Source: an uncultured delta proteobacterium (lineage in GTDB: Bacteria > Myxococcota > Myxococcia > Myxococcales > Myxococcaceae). Taken from it: DNA of 64,000 bases. The position numbers and the translations under genes are program-made. Below the pieces are notes generated by a model, which was not told where the DNA came from, ran no database searches, and worked only from the letters and a program-made list of their open reading frames with translations. The DNA is taken from NCBI GenBank assembly GCA_963771175.1, contig CAVYSY010000056.1, positions 32,001 to 96,000 on the forward strand, read 5' to 3'. Of the stretch, positions 1-9,715 are shown piece by piece; the first letter of the stretch is position 1, and each line of letters starts with the position of its first letter.

Positions 1-59
1 AGGATACTCGCGTCCGTGCCTTGAGACCGAGTGGGCCCAGCGTTACGGTTCCGGGGCCC

Positions 60-1124
60 ATGAACATCCAGAACGACGTCATCGCGACCATCGGGAACAC
101 GCCGCTCATCAAGCTCCGGCGCGCGTCCGAGGAGACGGGCTGCACCATCCTCGGCAAGGCCGAGTTCCTCAACCCCGGACAGTCCGTGAAGGACCGGGCC
201 GCCCTCTTCATCATCCGTGACGCCGTCTCCCGCGGACTGCTCCGCCCCGGAGGCATCATCGTCGAGGGCACCGCGGGCAACACCGGCATCGGGCTCGCGC
301 TCGTGGGCAATGCCCTGGGCTACCGCACCGTCATCGTCATCCCGGAGACCCAGAGCCAGGAGAAGAAGGACATGCTCCGCCTCATGGGCGCCGAGCTCCT
401 CGAGGTCCCCGCCGTCCCCTACAAGGAGCCCAACAACTACGTGAAGGTGTCCGGCCGCCTCGCCGAGGCGCTCAACGCCCGCGAGCCGAACGGCGCCATC
501 TGGGCCAACCAGTTCGACAACGTCGCCAACCGTCAGGCCCACCTGGAGACGACCGGCCCCGAAATCTGGGCGCAGACCGAGGGCCGCGTGGATGGTTTCA
601 TCTGCGCGGTGGGCTCCGGCGGCACGCTGGCGGGCGTGGGCATGGCCCTCAAGGAGCGCAACCCGAACGTCGTCATCGGACTCGCGGACCCGATGGGTGC
701 CGCGCTCCACGGTTGGTACACGCACGGCGAGCTCAAGTCCGAGGGCTCCTCCATCACCGAGGGCATCGGCCAGGGCCGCATCACCGCCAACCTCATGGGT
801 GCCCCCGTCGACGCGTCCTTCCAGATTCCCGACGCCGAGGCGCTCCCCATCCTCTTCGACCTGCTCGAGCACGAGGGCCTCTGCCTCGGTGGCTCCAGCG
901 CCATCAACGTCGCCGGCGCCATCCGCCTCGCCCGGAAGCTGGGGCCGGGGCACACCCTCGTCACCGTGCTGTGCGACTCGGGCAACCGCTACGCGAGCAA
1001 GCTCTTCAACCCGACCTTCCTCCGCTCCAAGGGCCTGCCCGTGCCGCACTGGCTGGAGCGCGGCCCCGAGGCCTCCACGGCGAGCACGCTCCTGCGCGAG
1101 GTGCTCCTCCCCAAGGCGTCCTGA
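60..1124 (+). CDS. cysK: Cysteine synthase (O-acetylserine sulfhydrylase, PLP-dependent)
   Basis: IGNTPL, KAEFLNPGQSVKDR (PLP lysine), EGTAGNTGIGLA, GSGGT motifs; ATG at 60. Confidence 0.9.
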   Translation: MNIQNDVIATIGNTPLIKLRRASEETGCTILGKAEFLNPGQSVKDRAALFIIRDAVSRGLLRPGGIIVEGTAGNTGIGLALVGNALGYRTVIVIPETQSQEKKDMLRLMGAELLEVPAVPYKEPNNYVKVSGRLAEALNAREPNGAIWANQFDNVANRQAHLETTGPEIWAQTEGRVDGFICAVGSGGTLAGVGMALKERNPNVVIGLADPMGAALHGWYTHGELKSEGSSITEGIGQGRITANLMGAPVDASFQIPDAEALPILFDLLEHEGLCLGGSSAINVAGAIRLARKLGPGHTLVTVLCDSGNRYASKLFNPTFLRSKGLPVPHWLERGPEASTASTLLREVLLPKAS

Positions 1125-1151
1125 CCCGGAGGCCGCACCGGCCTCCCACCG

Positions 1152-4100
1152 TCACGCCGCCTCGCGCTCGGCCGGAGCGAGCGGCAGCCGCACCCGGAAG
1201 CACGCACCGCGCGCCACGGACTCGTCCAGCTCGAGCGTGCCTCCGTGGTTCTCCGTGATGATCTGCCGGCAGATGGCCAGCCCCAGCCCCGTCCCCTTCC
1301 CCACGTCCTTCGTGGTGAAGAAGGGCTCGAAGATGCGGGCCCGCAGCGCCGGAGGAATCCCCGGGCCGTCATCGGCCACCACGAGCTCGACCATGCCATC
1401 CCGCACGGCCGTGCTCACCCGCACCTCGCCCGCGCCCCCGAGCGCGTCGAGGGCGTTGCGCAGCAGGTTCAGCACCACCTGACCGAGCTGCCCCTTGTGG
1501 AAGGGGAGCCGGGGCACGTCCCCACACTGGACCTCCACCCGCGTGCCCGCGGGATGGGAGCGACGGACCAGCTCGACCGTCTCGAGGACCGTCTGGTTGA
1601 GGTCTCCGAGCTCCAGGCGCGGGCGCTCGCCGCGCAGGAAGGCGCGCAGGTCCGCTTGCGTGGAGCTGATGCGCTCCGCGGCCTGCCGCATCGCATCCAG
1701 CGCATCGGGCATGTCCTGCAGCGTGAAGTCGACGTCCAGCTCCCGCCACAGCCGCTCGAGCTCCCCGGCCTCCTCGGGGTGGGTCGCGAGCCGCTCGCGA
1801 CAATGCTTCAGCAGCTCGGCGAGCTGGTCGAAGTACTCGCGCACCGGAGGCAGGTTGTTGTGGATGGCGGTGAGCGGGTTGTTGATTTCGTGAGAGAGCC
1901 GCGCCATGAACTCCCCCATCGCGGAGAGCTTCTCCGCTTGAATCACCTTCTCGCGGGCCCGGGCGAGCTCGGTGGTGCGGGCCTCCACGAGGCGCTCCAG
2001 CTCGGCGTTCTTGCGCCGCAGGGCCAGGCCCCTCCAGCGCACCACGCCCGCCACGGAGGCCCCCAGGAGCAGCACGCCGAGGACTCGCGCCCACCAGGAG
2101 GTCCACCAGGGCGGATGCACCACCAGGGAGAGCCCGGCCACGGGTCCCCACGGCCCCTCGCCGTTTCGCGCGCGCAGCTCGAGCCGGTAGCGCCCCGGCG
2201 GAAGCGCGCTGTAGCGCACCGAGTGGCCATGGGCGGCGTGCCAGTCGTCCAGCCCCACGAGCCGTACCTCGTGCTCCATGCGGGTCTCGTCGATGAACCC
2301 CAGGTCGGCGAACTGGACCTCCAGCGTCGCTTCGTCGTGGGGGGTCTCGAGGCCCTCCATGGGAGGCCGGGCGGACGAGTGCGCCCCGAGGGTGGTGCTC
2401 AGCAGGGCCACGCGCGGCGGAGCGGCCCGGCCGGTGTAGCGCGCGCTCTCGAAGCGGCCGAGGCCTTCCGAGGTGCCCACCCACACGTCCCCATCGGCCT
2501 CCGCCAGGAAGGAGTTGCCGTTGCAGGAGTCACCCGGAGCCCCCGCGCTCGCGCCAAAGTGGTCGAGCACCCCATCGCCGACGAGGTCTATCCCAGCCCC
2601 CGTCCCCACCCAGAGCCGGCCCGCCGCATCCTCGCCAATCTGGAAGATGACACCGCTGTGGAGCCCCGTACTCAGCTCCAGGTGGACCAGGTCGGAGAGG
2701 TGCCCGTCCCGGTAGGAGAAGCAGCTCAGACCCAGGGGCTCCTTGTAGGACACGCACACGCGGCCATCGCGGCGGGACAGAAGGTAGCGCACACGGTCAT
2801 CCAGCAGGCCCTCGGCGACGCCCAGGCGCTGGAACACGCCCCCCTCCCGCACGTAGAGCCCGTCACCCGCGGCCCACAGCCGCCCGGCCCCGTCCCGGCA
2901 TCACGCTCATGAAGGCCATGCGCGAGCTGGGAGGCAGCACCGGCTCGAAGGTCCACTCAGCCCCCTTGCGGACGCCTCGCAGCAGGCCCGAGGAGCCCGC
3001 CGACCACAGGGTGCCATCGGGCTCCACGACCAGAGCGAAGGTGAAGTGCGCCGGGTAGCCCTCCGCCACGCCGAGCGTCCGCAGCCTGCCACTCCTGGGC
3101 TCGTAGTGGTGCAGCCCGATCGGGTTGCCCGAGGCCCACACGGAGCCCTCCCGGTCCACCACCACGGCCTTGAGTGAGTAACCCTCCAGCCCCGGAATGA
3201 CGACCCAGCCCCCGGGCGTGCCCCGCGCGAGCCCATTGTCGGTGCCCACCCACAGCGACCCATCGGGACCGCGGCTCAACCCCCAGATGACGCTCGAGGG
3301 GAGCCCGGTGGTGGAGTCATGGAGGGTCCAATGGCCGCGCCCCAGCGAGCGGTACACGCCCAGGCTGGCGACCCAGAGCGTCCCCTCCTCGTCCTCCAGC
3401 ACGTCCCCGGCATCCGTGACGCCGGCTCCGGGAGGCCCAGCCGCAGGAGGCCCGCGCGCTCCCCGTCCACCTCGATGAGGCCGCGGTAGGTCGGCACCAG
3501 GAGCTGACCCCTCCGCCCCACGCGCAGCCGGCGCCCCGCCGCCTGGAATCCCTCGACGAGCCGGGTTCTATCCTCGAACGGCGCGCCACTCCGGGGCTGC
3601 ACCACCAGCCAGCCCTCGCCGCTCAGCCACAGGCGACCGTGCCCGTCACGCACGAGGGAGGCGATGGGGTTGCGATACCCGTGCACCTCCAGGCTCCGCC
3701 AAGGCCCTTGTGGCTCCCGACTCAGCAGGCGCGACCCCGAGGCCACCTGGAGCTCGCCCGACACATCCACCCAGAGGGCCCTGGCCACTCCCCCCGGCCA
3801 CCCGGGCGCCAGGAGGAAGTGCCCCGGCTCCGACTCCATGAAGAGGCCCTGGGCGGTCCCCGCCAGCATCCGCTTCTCGGAGTCCAGGCGGAGACTCCAC
3901 ACCTCCGAGGGCACTCCGTTCATCGGCACGGGGACGAAGCGGCTCCCGTCCCAGCGCACCACGCCCGCCTGGGTCGCGAGGAGCAGCCGCCCCCACGCAT
4001 CGAGCGTGACATCGTTCACCACCACCGAGGGCAGGCCGGCCTCCTGCCCGAAGCGCTCGAAGCGCTTGCCGTCGAAGCGGTACACCGCATCGCTGGCGAG

Positions 4101-4280
4101 GGCCCAGACGAACCCCTCCCCGTCCTGCAGAATCCAGGACATGCCGGGGTTCTCGATGCCCGCCTCCGTGCTGTAGCGCCGGAACCCGATGCGCCCTGGA
4201 GGATCTCCACCTCTCGCCTCGCTTCCCACCAGGGCGACGAGGCCCACGGCCAGGAACGCGGCGATCCGATGCAACGACAT
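1152..4280 (-). CDS. Sensor histidine kinase with periplasmic beta-propeller (Reg_prop) and Y_Y_Y domains; split by two frameshifts (~3410, ~2890)
   Basis: Three consecutive ORFs: signal peptide + GLP..LWVGT propeller repeats, YSALPPGRY, TM PPWW, HEINNPL H-box, N-box, DDGPGI, FEPFFTTK, GTGLGL. Confidence 0.85.
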
Positions 4281-4414
4281 GACTCCCGAGGCCTCTCTTG
4301 GGAAGGGGGCAACGCAGTGCTCCCTGGGAGTCAGCCTATCACGGACGACAAAAGGGCCGGCCCCTCGACGAGGAGACCGGCCCCTGGTTCAGCACCCGGA
4401 GGTGCCGGGACGAA

Positions 4415-4792
4415 CTACTTGCAGACGTTGGCGCACACGGCCGGGGTCTTGGTCGGGTCGAGGTAGTCGGCGCAGGTGAGCTTCGCGCGCGCGTCCGAGC
4501 AGTCCGAGGCCGCGTCCAGGTTGAACGTCTTGCCCGCGTTCGTCCCGGTGCAGTTCTCGTTGTCCTCCTTGCGCTCCTCACACTTGGAGGCGGCGTACAG
4601 CTTGGTCTTGCACTCCTCCGCGCTGGTGCCGAAGGCGGTCTTGAAGAAGTCGGAGGCCTTGACGTCGGCGGACTGGCACTCGAACTGACGCTCACAGACC
4701 TGGTCCACGCCCGCCTTGCACACGGCCTCGGGGGTGGCGCAACCAACGGCGAACAGGGACAGGGCGGCGGCGCCAAACAGGAACTTGTTCAT
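4415..4792 (-). CDS. Cys-rich lipoprotein of unknown function
   Basis: MNKFLFGAAALSLFAVG-C lipobox, many Cys, GGAG RBS. Confidence 0.8.
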   Translation of the reverse strand: MNKFLFGAAALSLFAVGCATPEAVCKAGVDQVCERQFECQSADVKASDFFKTAFGTSAEECKTKLYAASKCEERKEDNENCTGTNAGKTFNLDAASDCSDARAKLTCADYLDPTKTPAVCANVCK

Positions 4793-4988
4793 CTGGACTT
4801 CTCCTTGATTGAGGTGACTTCGCTGGGACACCTCGCCGGGCCGACCGCACCCCCCCTCCCAAGGTGGGGACCGTCCGACCGGAGAGTGGCGCCTTATTAC
4901 CAGTCCGTTGCCCTTAAGGCCAACTTTTGCTTTTCAAAACCCTACCTTCCAAATCTGTATGGATTTCCGGGGGGTACGACGTGGTGAG

Positions 4989-6110
4989 TCAAACCCCGCC
5001 CGAGCTCGACGGCTCGGGCGAGAGCACGGGTGCTGGGGCCGGACGCGCGGGAGAGGACCCGGTGCGCCAGCGCCCGTACCGCTTCTTCGCCGGTACCGCG
5101 AGGGCCAGCGACACCGTCAGCACCGTCAGGGCCGCGGCGAGCGCCGGCAGCACGTCCAGCGAGTGCCCCCACCGGCTCGCCAGGCCCGGGAAGGTGGACC
5201 AGCCATACGCGATGGGCAGGTGCACGACGTAGACCCAGAGCGAGGCACGCCCCACCGGACCCAGCAACCCGTCCAGCCGCGAGGGCAGCAGCATCGCCAG
5301 CCCCGCCACCACGCCCAGCAGCCCCAGCCGCCACACCACCAGCGTCGGGTCGCTCACGCGGGGATCTCCCCCCCACAGCGCCATCAGCGACAGGAGCGCC
5401 GTGCCCGTGCCGATCATCACGAGCCACTGCGGCACCCGCTTCACCAGCCCCAGCCCGAGCCCGGTGAAGCCTCCCGCGAAGAAGTACGCCGACCAGGGGA
5501 AGAGCGGGAAGCTGGAGGTCTTCCCCGCGAGCGCCTGCTCCAGCGCCAGGGGCCAGCCGCCGCCCTCCACCGCCGCGCGCACCCACGGGCTCACCAGCGG
5601 AAAGAGGAGCGAGAGCGTCGCCAGCGCGCCCATCCTCGCCACCCGCCCGCGCAGCACCGCCAGCACGCTCGCGCCCAGCAGCAGCGCCCCGGCCACGCCG
5701 TGCAGCGCATCGAAGGCGAGGAAGTGCCGCCACACCACCGGGTCCCCGGCGAACAGCGCCGGCAGCCCCCAACCGGGCCAACGCAACAGGTAGCCCCAGC
5801 CCAACAACAACCCCGCTCGCGGCACGTACCGGCGCAGCACGCTCGCACCCCGGACACCGGTGCGCTGCACGGTGGTCGCGAAGGCCCAACCCGCCACGAA
5901 GAGGAACAGCGGCGCGGTCACGGCCCGCATGGACCAGTACGTCAGCATCCCCGCGCTGTTGCGGGCCACGTCCGACAGCACCGCGTCCAGCGTGTGGCCC
6001 ATCACCATGGCGATGACGGCCACGGCGCGTGCGCGGTCCAGGCCCATGTTGCGCGGGCTCGAGGCCGCCGGAGCGGCCACCGTGGCTCGGGAGGCGTCTG
6101 GGGCAGACAT
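4989..6110 (-). CDS. Integral membrane acyltransferase-like protein (DUF1624 / HGSNAT-like)
   Basis: GLDRARAVAVIAMVMGH, APLFLFVAG, FPLFPW, GRASLWVYVVH; multiple TM segments; directly downstream of dnaN. Confidence 0.75.
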   Translation of the reverse strand: MSAPDASRATVAAPAASSPRNMGLDRARAVAVIAMVMGHTLDAVLSDVARNSAGMLTYWSMRAVTAPLFLFVAGWAFATTVQRTGVRGASVLRRYVPRAGLLLGWGYLLRWPGWGLPALFAGDPVVWRHFLAFDALHGVAGALLLGASVLAVLRGRVARMGALATLSLLFPLVSPWVRAAVEGGGWPLALEQALAGKTSSFPLFPWSAYFFAGGFTGLGLGLVKRVPQWLVMIGTGTALLSLMALWGGDPRVSDPTLVVWRLGLLGVVAGLAMLLPSRLDGLLGPVGRASLWVYVVHLPIAYGWSTFPGLASRWGHSLDVLPALAAALTVLTVSLALAVPAKKRYGRWRTGSSPARPAPAPVLSPEPSSSGGV

Positions 6111-6135
6111 GGCGCCGCGGAGACGGCCGGAGGAC

Positions 6136-7244
6136 TCAGACGCGCATCGGCATGACCACGGCGGTGAAGCTGCGGTCGCCCGGGGCGTGCAGCACGCCGG
6201 GGCTGTGCTCGTCACCCAGCTCGAAGGCCACCTCGTCCGTGTCCGTCACGCCCAGCACGTCGATGCAGGTAGCGCGCGTTGAAGCCGATGGTGATGGCGG
6301 CGCCCCGGTACGCGATGTCCAGCGCGTCCTTCGCCTCGCCCAGGTCCGGGTTGTTGGCGGTGATGAGGAGCTGGTTCTCCGCCAGGCCGACGCGGACCGC
6401 GTAGCTCTTGTCCGCGCTCAGCAGCGCGATGCGCTTGAGACCCTCGAGCAGGCGCGTCTTGGGCACCAGCACCGCCTTCTCGCCTTCCTTGGGGATGACG
6501 CGCTGGTACTCGGGGAACTGCCCGTCGATGAGCCGCATCACCATCGTCAGGCCCGTCTTCTTGAAGAGCGCCGAGTTCTCCGCGAAGCCCAGGTGGCACT
6601 CCGCGTCCGGCGCCTCGTCCAGCAGGCGCTTGAGCTCCAGCAGGCCCTTGCGCGGGATGATGACGCCGCTCTTGAGCTTGAAGTCCCCGGGCAGCTCGCG
6701 CTCGATGAGCGACAGACGGTGACCGTCCGTGGCCACCATGCGCACCTTGCCCCCCTGCTGCGGCTCGAAGAAGACGCCGTTGAGGATGTAGCGCGTCTCG
6801 TCGGTGGAGATGGCGAACTGCGTCTTCTTGATCATCTCCAGCAGCGTGGCGCCGGTCGATCTGCACCAGCGGCGCGTTCTCCTCGCGCGGCAGCTTCGGG
6901 TACTCCTCGGGCGCGGTGCCGACGATCTTGAAGTGCGCCGAGCCGCTGGTGATCTCCACGTAGTTGTTCGCCAGCTTCTTGAGCGTGACGTGGGCGTCCG
7001 GGAGGTTCTGGACGATGTCGAAGACGTACTTGGCGCTGAGCGTCACCGCGCCGGGCTTGAGGACCTCGGCGGGGTGCTCGGAGACGATGCCGATCTCCAG
7101 GTCGAACGCCGTGACGGTCACCCCCGTCTTCGTGGCCGTGACGAGCACGTTGGCGAGGATGGGCATCGTCGTCTTGCGCTCCACGATGCCCTGGGCGCGG
7201 TAGAGGGCCTTCTTCAGCTCGTCGGCGGCGATGCGGAATTCCAT
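6136..7244 (-). CDS. dnaN: DNA polymerase III beta sliding clamp (two apparent +1 indels at ~6855 and ~6265)
   Basis: MEFRIAADELKKAL..TTMPILANVL, DETRYILNGV, VATDGHRL, RLIDGQFPEYQRVIP, IGFNARYL, C-terminal VVMPMRV; removing 2 bases gives a 368-aa ORF. Confidence 0.95.
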
Positions 7245-7284
7245 CTTCGGGGGTCCTTGAACTACCAGGGGTACGGGAAAGAAC

Positions 7285-7412
7285 GGCGGCCCCTCGGGCC
7301 ACCCTGGCCGGATGTAGCCCGGGGGCACCGGGTCGTCAATGAACGTGACGTCTGCGGTCATGCTGACTCGGCCAGCACTCGGGGAGACGGGCTCTGGACC
7401 TACTCCCCGGCT
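7285..7412 (-). promoter_or_regulatory. Structured 5' leader of dnaN (four consecutive hairpins)
   Basis: Inverted repeats at about 7380-7409, 7361-7377, 7328-7359 and 7290-7325. Confidence 0.35.
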
Positions 7413-7518
7413 CCGGGCATACAGGTAGCACATAAACCTACCGACCCAACGAGCGATCGCTGCTTCCGGCCCGCCCCGCACACATAACTAGGGAGGGTCG
7501 AGAGTGGAGGAGGACGCC

Positions 7519-7989
7519 ATGCACGACAGGGTCTACAAGACCGACGACGAGTGGCGACGAGAGCTCACCCCGGAGCAATACCGGGTCATGCGCCAGAAGG
7601 ACACCGAGCCCCCCTTCACCGGGGCCTTCTGGAACTACGACGGCAAGGGCGTCTACTGCTGCGCTGGCTGTGGCAACACGCTCTTCTCCTCGCGGGCGAA
7701 GTTCGACTCGGGCACCGGCTGGCCCAGCTTCCATACCCCCTTGGTGTCGAGCCACCTCCTCCAGCACGAGGACCGCTCGTCCTTCCTGACGGTCCGCACC
7801 GAGGTGGCATGCAGCCGTTGCGGCGCCCACCTCGGCCACGTCTTCGACGACGGCCCTCCCCCCACCGGGCTGCGCTTCCGCATCAACTCGGCGGCCCTGG
7901 CCTTCGAGCCCGAGGAGCAATTCCTGGAGGAGCAACTCCTGGAGCAGGGACTCGGTGGGGAGGGAGTCGGCACCCCCGCCCAGGAATGA
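7519..7989 (+). CDS. msrB: Peptide-methionine (R)-S-oxide reductase MsrB family; catalytic Cys replaced by Arg
   Basis: LTPEQYRV, TEPPFTG, CAGC and CSRC Zn motifs, GTGWPSF, HLGHVFDDGP, but GLRFRINS instead of GLRYCINS. Confidence 0.85.
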   Translation: MHDRVYKTDDEWRRELTPEQYRVMRQKDTEPPFTGAFWNYDGKGVYCCAGCGNTLFSSRAKFDSGTGWPSFHTPLVSSHLLQHEDRSSFLTVRTEVACSRCGAHLGHVFDDGPPPTGLRFRINSAALAFEPEEQFLEEQLLEQGLGGEGVGTPAQE

Positions 7990-8070
7990 AGGGAGGCCCG
8001 CCGCGTCGGGATGTAGCATCCCCCCCGGGAGGCGGCGAGACTGCCGCATCCCTTCCCGGAGCCCCGCCCC

Positions 8071-8556
8071 ATGACCCTGCGTCAGCCCCTCCTCACCGCC
8101 GCCCTGGCCTTCGCCCTGCTCGCCGGCTGCAGCCGCAACGCGACCCCCAACCCGACCGCCGAGTCCGGCGGCACGCCTCCCGCCCAGATGGACACTCCCG
8201 TCAACGCCCAACCCGCCGCTGAGACGCCCTCGGGCGGTACCGCCGCCGCCCCCGGCACGCCCACCGAGCGAGGGCCCGCCATCTTCTTCGTGAAGAACAG
8301 CGGCGTGCGCTGCATCACCACCCCCTGCCCCACCTTCTCCGCCACCCGGCCCGACCGGCCCGGCGACGAGCCGCTCCCGGTCCATGAGCTCGACCTCACC
8401 GCGCTCAAGGTCAGCGACGAGAAGCGCGCGGAGCTCGAGCAGGTCACCTTCCACGCCCCCGGCCTCAAGGTGCAGGCCACCGTGGACGTCGTGCCCAACG
8501 CGGGCCCCGCCGGCGCCGCCACCGTGCTGCGCGTCAGCCAGGTGGTCGAGAAGTAG
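8071..8556 (+). CDS. Lipoprotein (DUF6748-like, GVRCITTPCP motif)
   Basis: LLAG-C lipobox, Pro/Ala-rich linker, SGVRCITTPCP. Confidence 0.7.
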   Translation: MTLRQPLLTAALAFALLAGCSRNATPNPTAESGGTPPAQMDTPVNAQPAAETPSGGTAAAPGTPTERGPAIFFVKNSGVRCITTPCPTFSATRPDRPGDEPLPVHELDLTALKVSDEKRAELEQVTFHAPGLKVQATVDVVPNAGPAGAATVLRVSQVVEK

Positions 8557-8702
8557 AGCGCCCCCCTGGCCCCCCGCGGATTCTCGCGTGACAATGGCTG
8601 GCACGCGCAGCCAGAGGGGGTCCGTCTCACCCCCGGCACCTGAAGGGTTGTCAGACTCCCCTGTTACTCCGCGCGTCGCTCCACCCACCGCAGGAGTCCA
8701 GG

Positions 8703-9701
8703 ATGTCCGTCCGACGTACCGCCCTCCGCAGCCTCTCGGTCCTGGGAGTGCTGTGGGGAGGCATGGCCCTCGCCACGCCCCCCGCCCCCCTCACGCCCCG
8801 CACGCCCACCGGCTTCTCCACCGTGGAGCAGCGCCACGTCTACGCGCCTCCCGATGAGGGCAGCTTCGAGATTCCGATGGTCACCGGAGGCGCGGCCGCC
8901 ACCGAGGTCCTCCTAGAGGAGCCGGAGATGTGCCGGCCGGACGCGAAGGCCACCACGCGCATCACCTACTCCAAGAGCCGCAACGAGGTGGTGCTGGAGG
9001 CGGACTTCGACGGGCTGCCCTACCGCATGTCCTTCACGCGCCCGGTGGACGTCTCCACGCCGTACAACCAGTTCCCCGTCTCCGTCCAGGATGGCAAGTG
9101 GCAGTTCTGGTTCGTGGGGCGGATGCTGAACTTCGACACCACGTACTATTACGACGCCACCACGCTGCAGCTCATCGGCAGCGAGTACGAGCTCCCCGGC
9201 GGGCCGCCCCCCAACAGCATCCCGGTGCCCATCGCCACCATGCACATGACCAGCACGCCGCTCTTCGAGGGCACGCCGGATGGCAAGGGACATGCGCGCT
9301 TCGTGTTCCGCTACGACCAGATGCTCGATGAGCAGGGCAAGGGCGGCGTCTACTTCTCGTACCTGCCCTACAACCTGTGCAAGCCGGACGAGCTCGGGCT
9401 CTATTACACGGACGGCGGGCTGCCGGTGTCGCTGGCGATGAACTTCGACCAGGTGTTGCAGAGCATCTGGTCTGGCTACGGCATGGCGATCGCCACCAGC
9501 CTGGAGCCGGACCCCAAGCCCGCGTACCTGCTGAGCCGTGACAACACGATGATCGGCTGGAGCGGCACGTACCCGAACCTGCGACCGAAGGGCTACGAGA
9601 GCAATCCCTTCAACGGCACGCTGACGCTCAAGACGACGTGCGCCACGCGCATCCAGCCGGCCTACCCCCCGGCCTACTACAACCGCTGCGCCGCCCAGTG
9701 A
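8703..9701 (+). CDS. Secreted hypothetical protein, co-transcribed with a DHOR gene
   Basis: Signal peptide (..GGMALA), AGGAG RBS, strong GC3 bias. Confidence 0.75.
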   Translation: MSVRRTALRSLSVLGVLWGGMALATPPAPLTPRTPTGFSTVEQRHVYAPPDEGSFEIPMVTGGAAATEVLLEEPEMCRPDAKATTRITYSKSRNEVVLEADFDGLPYRMSFTRPVDVSTPYNQFPVSVQDGKWQFWFVGRMLNFDTTYYYDATTLQLIGSEYELPGGPPPNSIPVPIATMHMTSTPLFEGTPDGKGHARFVFRYDQMLDEQGKGGVYFSYLPYNLCKPDELGLYYTDGGLPVSLAMNFDQVLQSIWSGYGMAIATSLEPDPKPAYLLSRDNTMIGWSGTYPNLRPKGYESNPFNGTLTLKTTCATRIQPAYPPAYYNRCAAQ

Positions 9702-9715
9702 GCGAGGACGCCACC

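Noticed and set aside
1245..2912. Long antisense and alternate-frame ORFs (also 19032-20720, 39061-40983, 42108-43820 and many others)
   Set aside because: Shadow ORFs expected at high GC opposite well-supported genes; Arg/Pro/Gly-rich with no motifs
6136..7244. dnaN as a self-resistance copy for a clamp-targeting antibiotic, or programmed frameshifting
   Set aside because: No NRPS/PKS nearby, no slippery sequence, and indels are widespread in the window
7879..7881. Selenocysteine recoding in msrB
   Set aside because: The codon is CGC, not TGA
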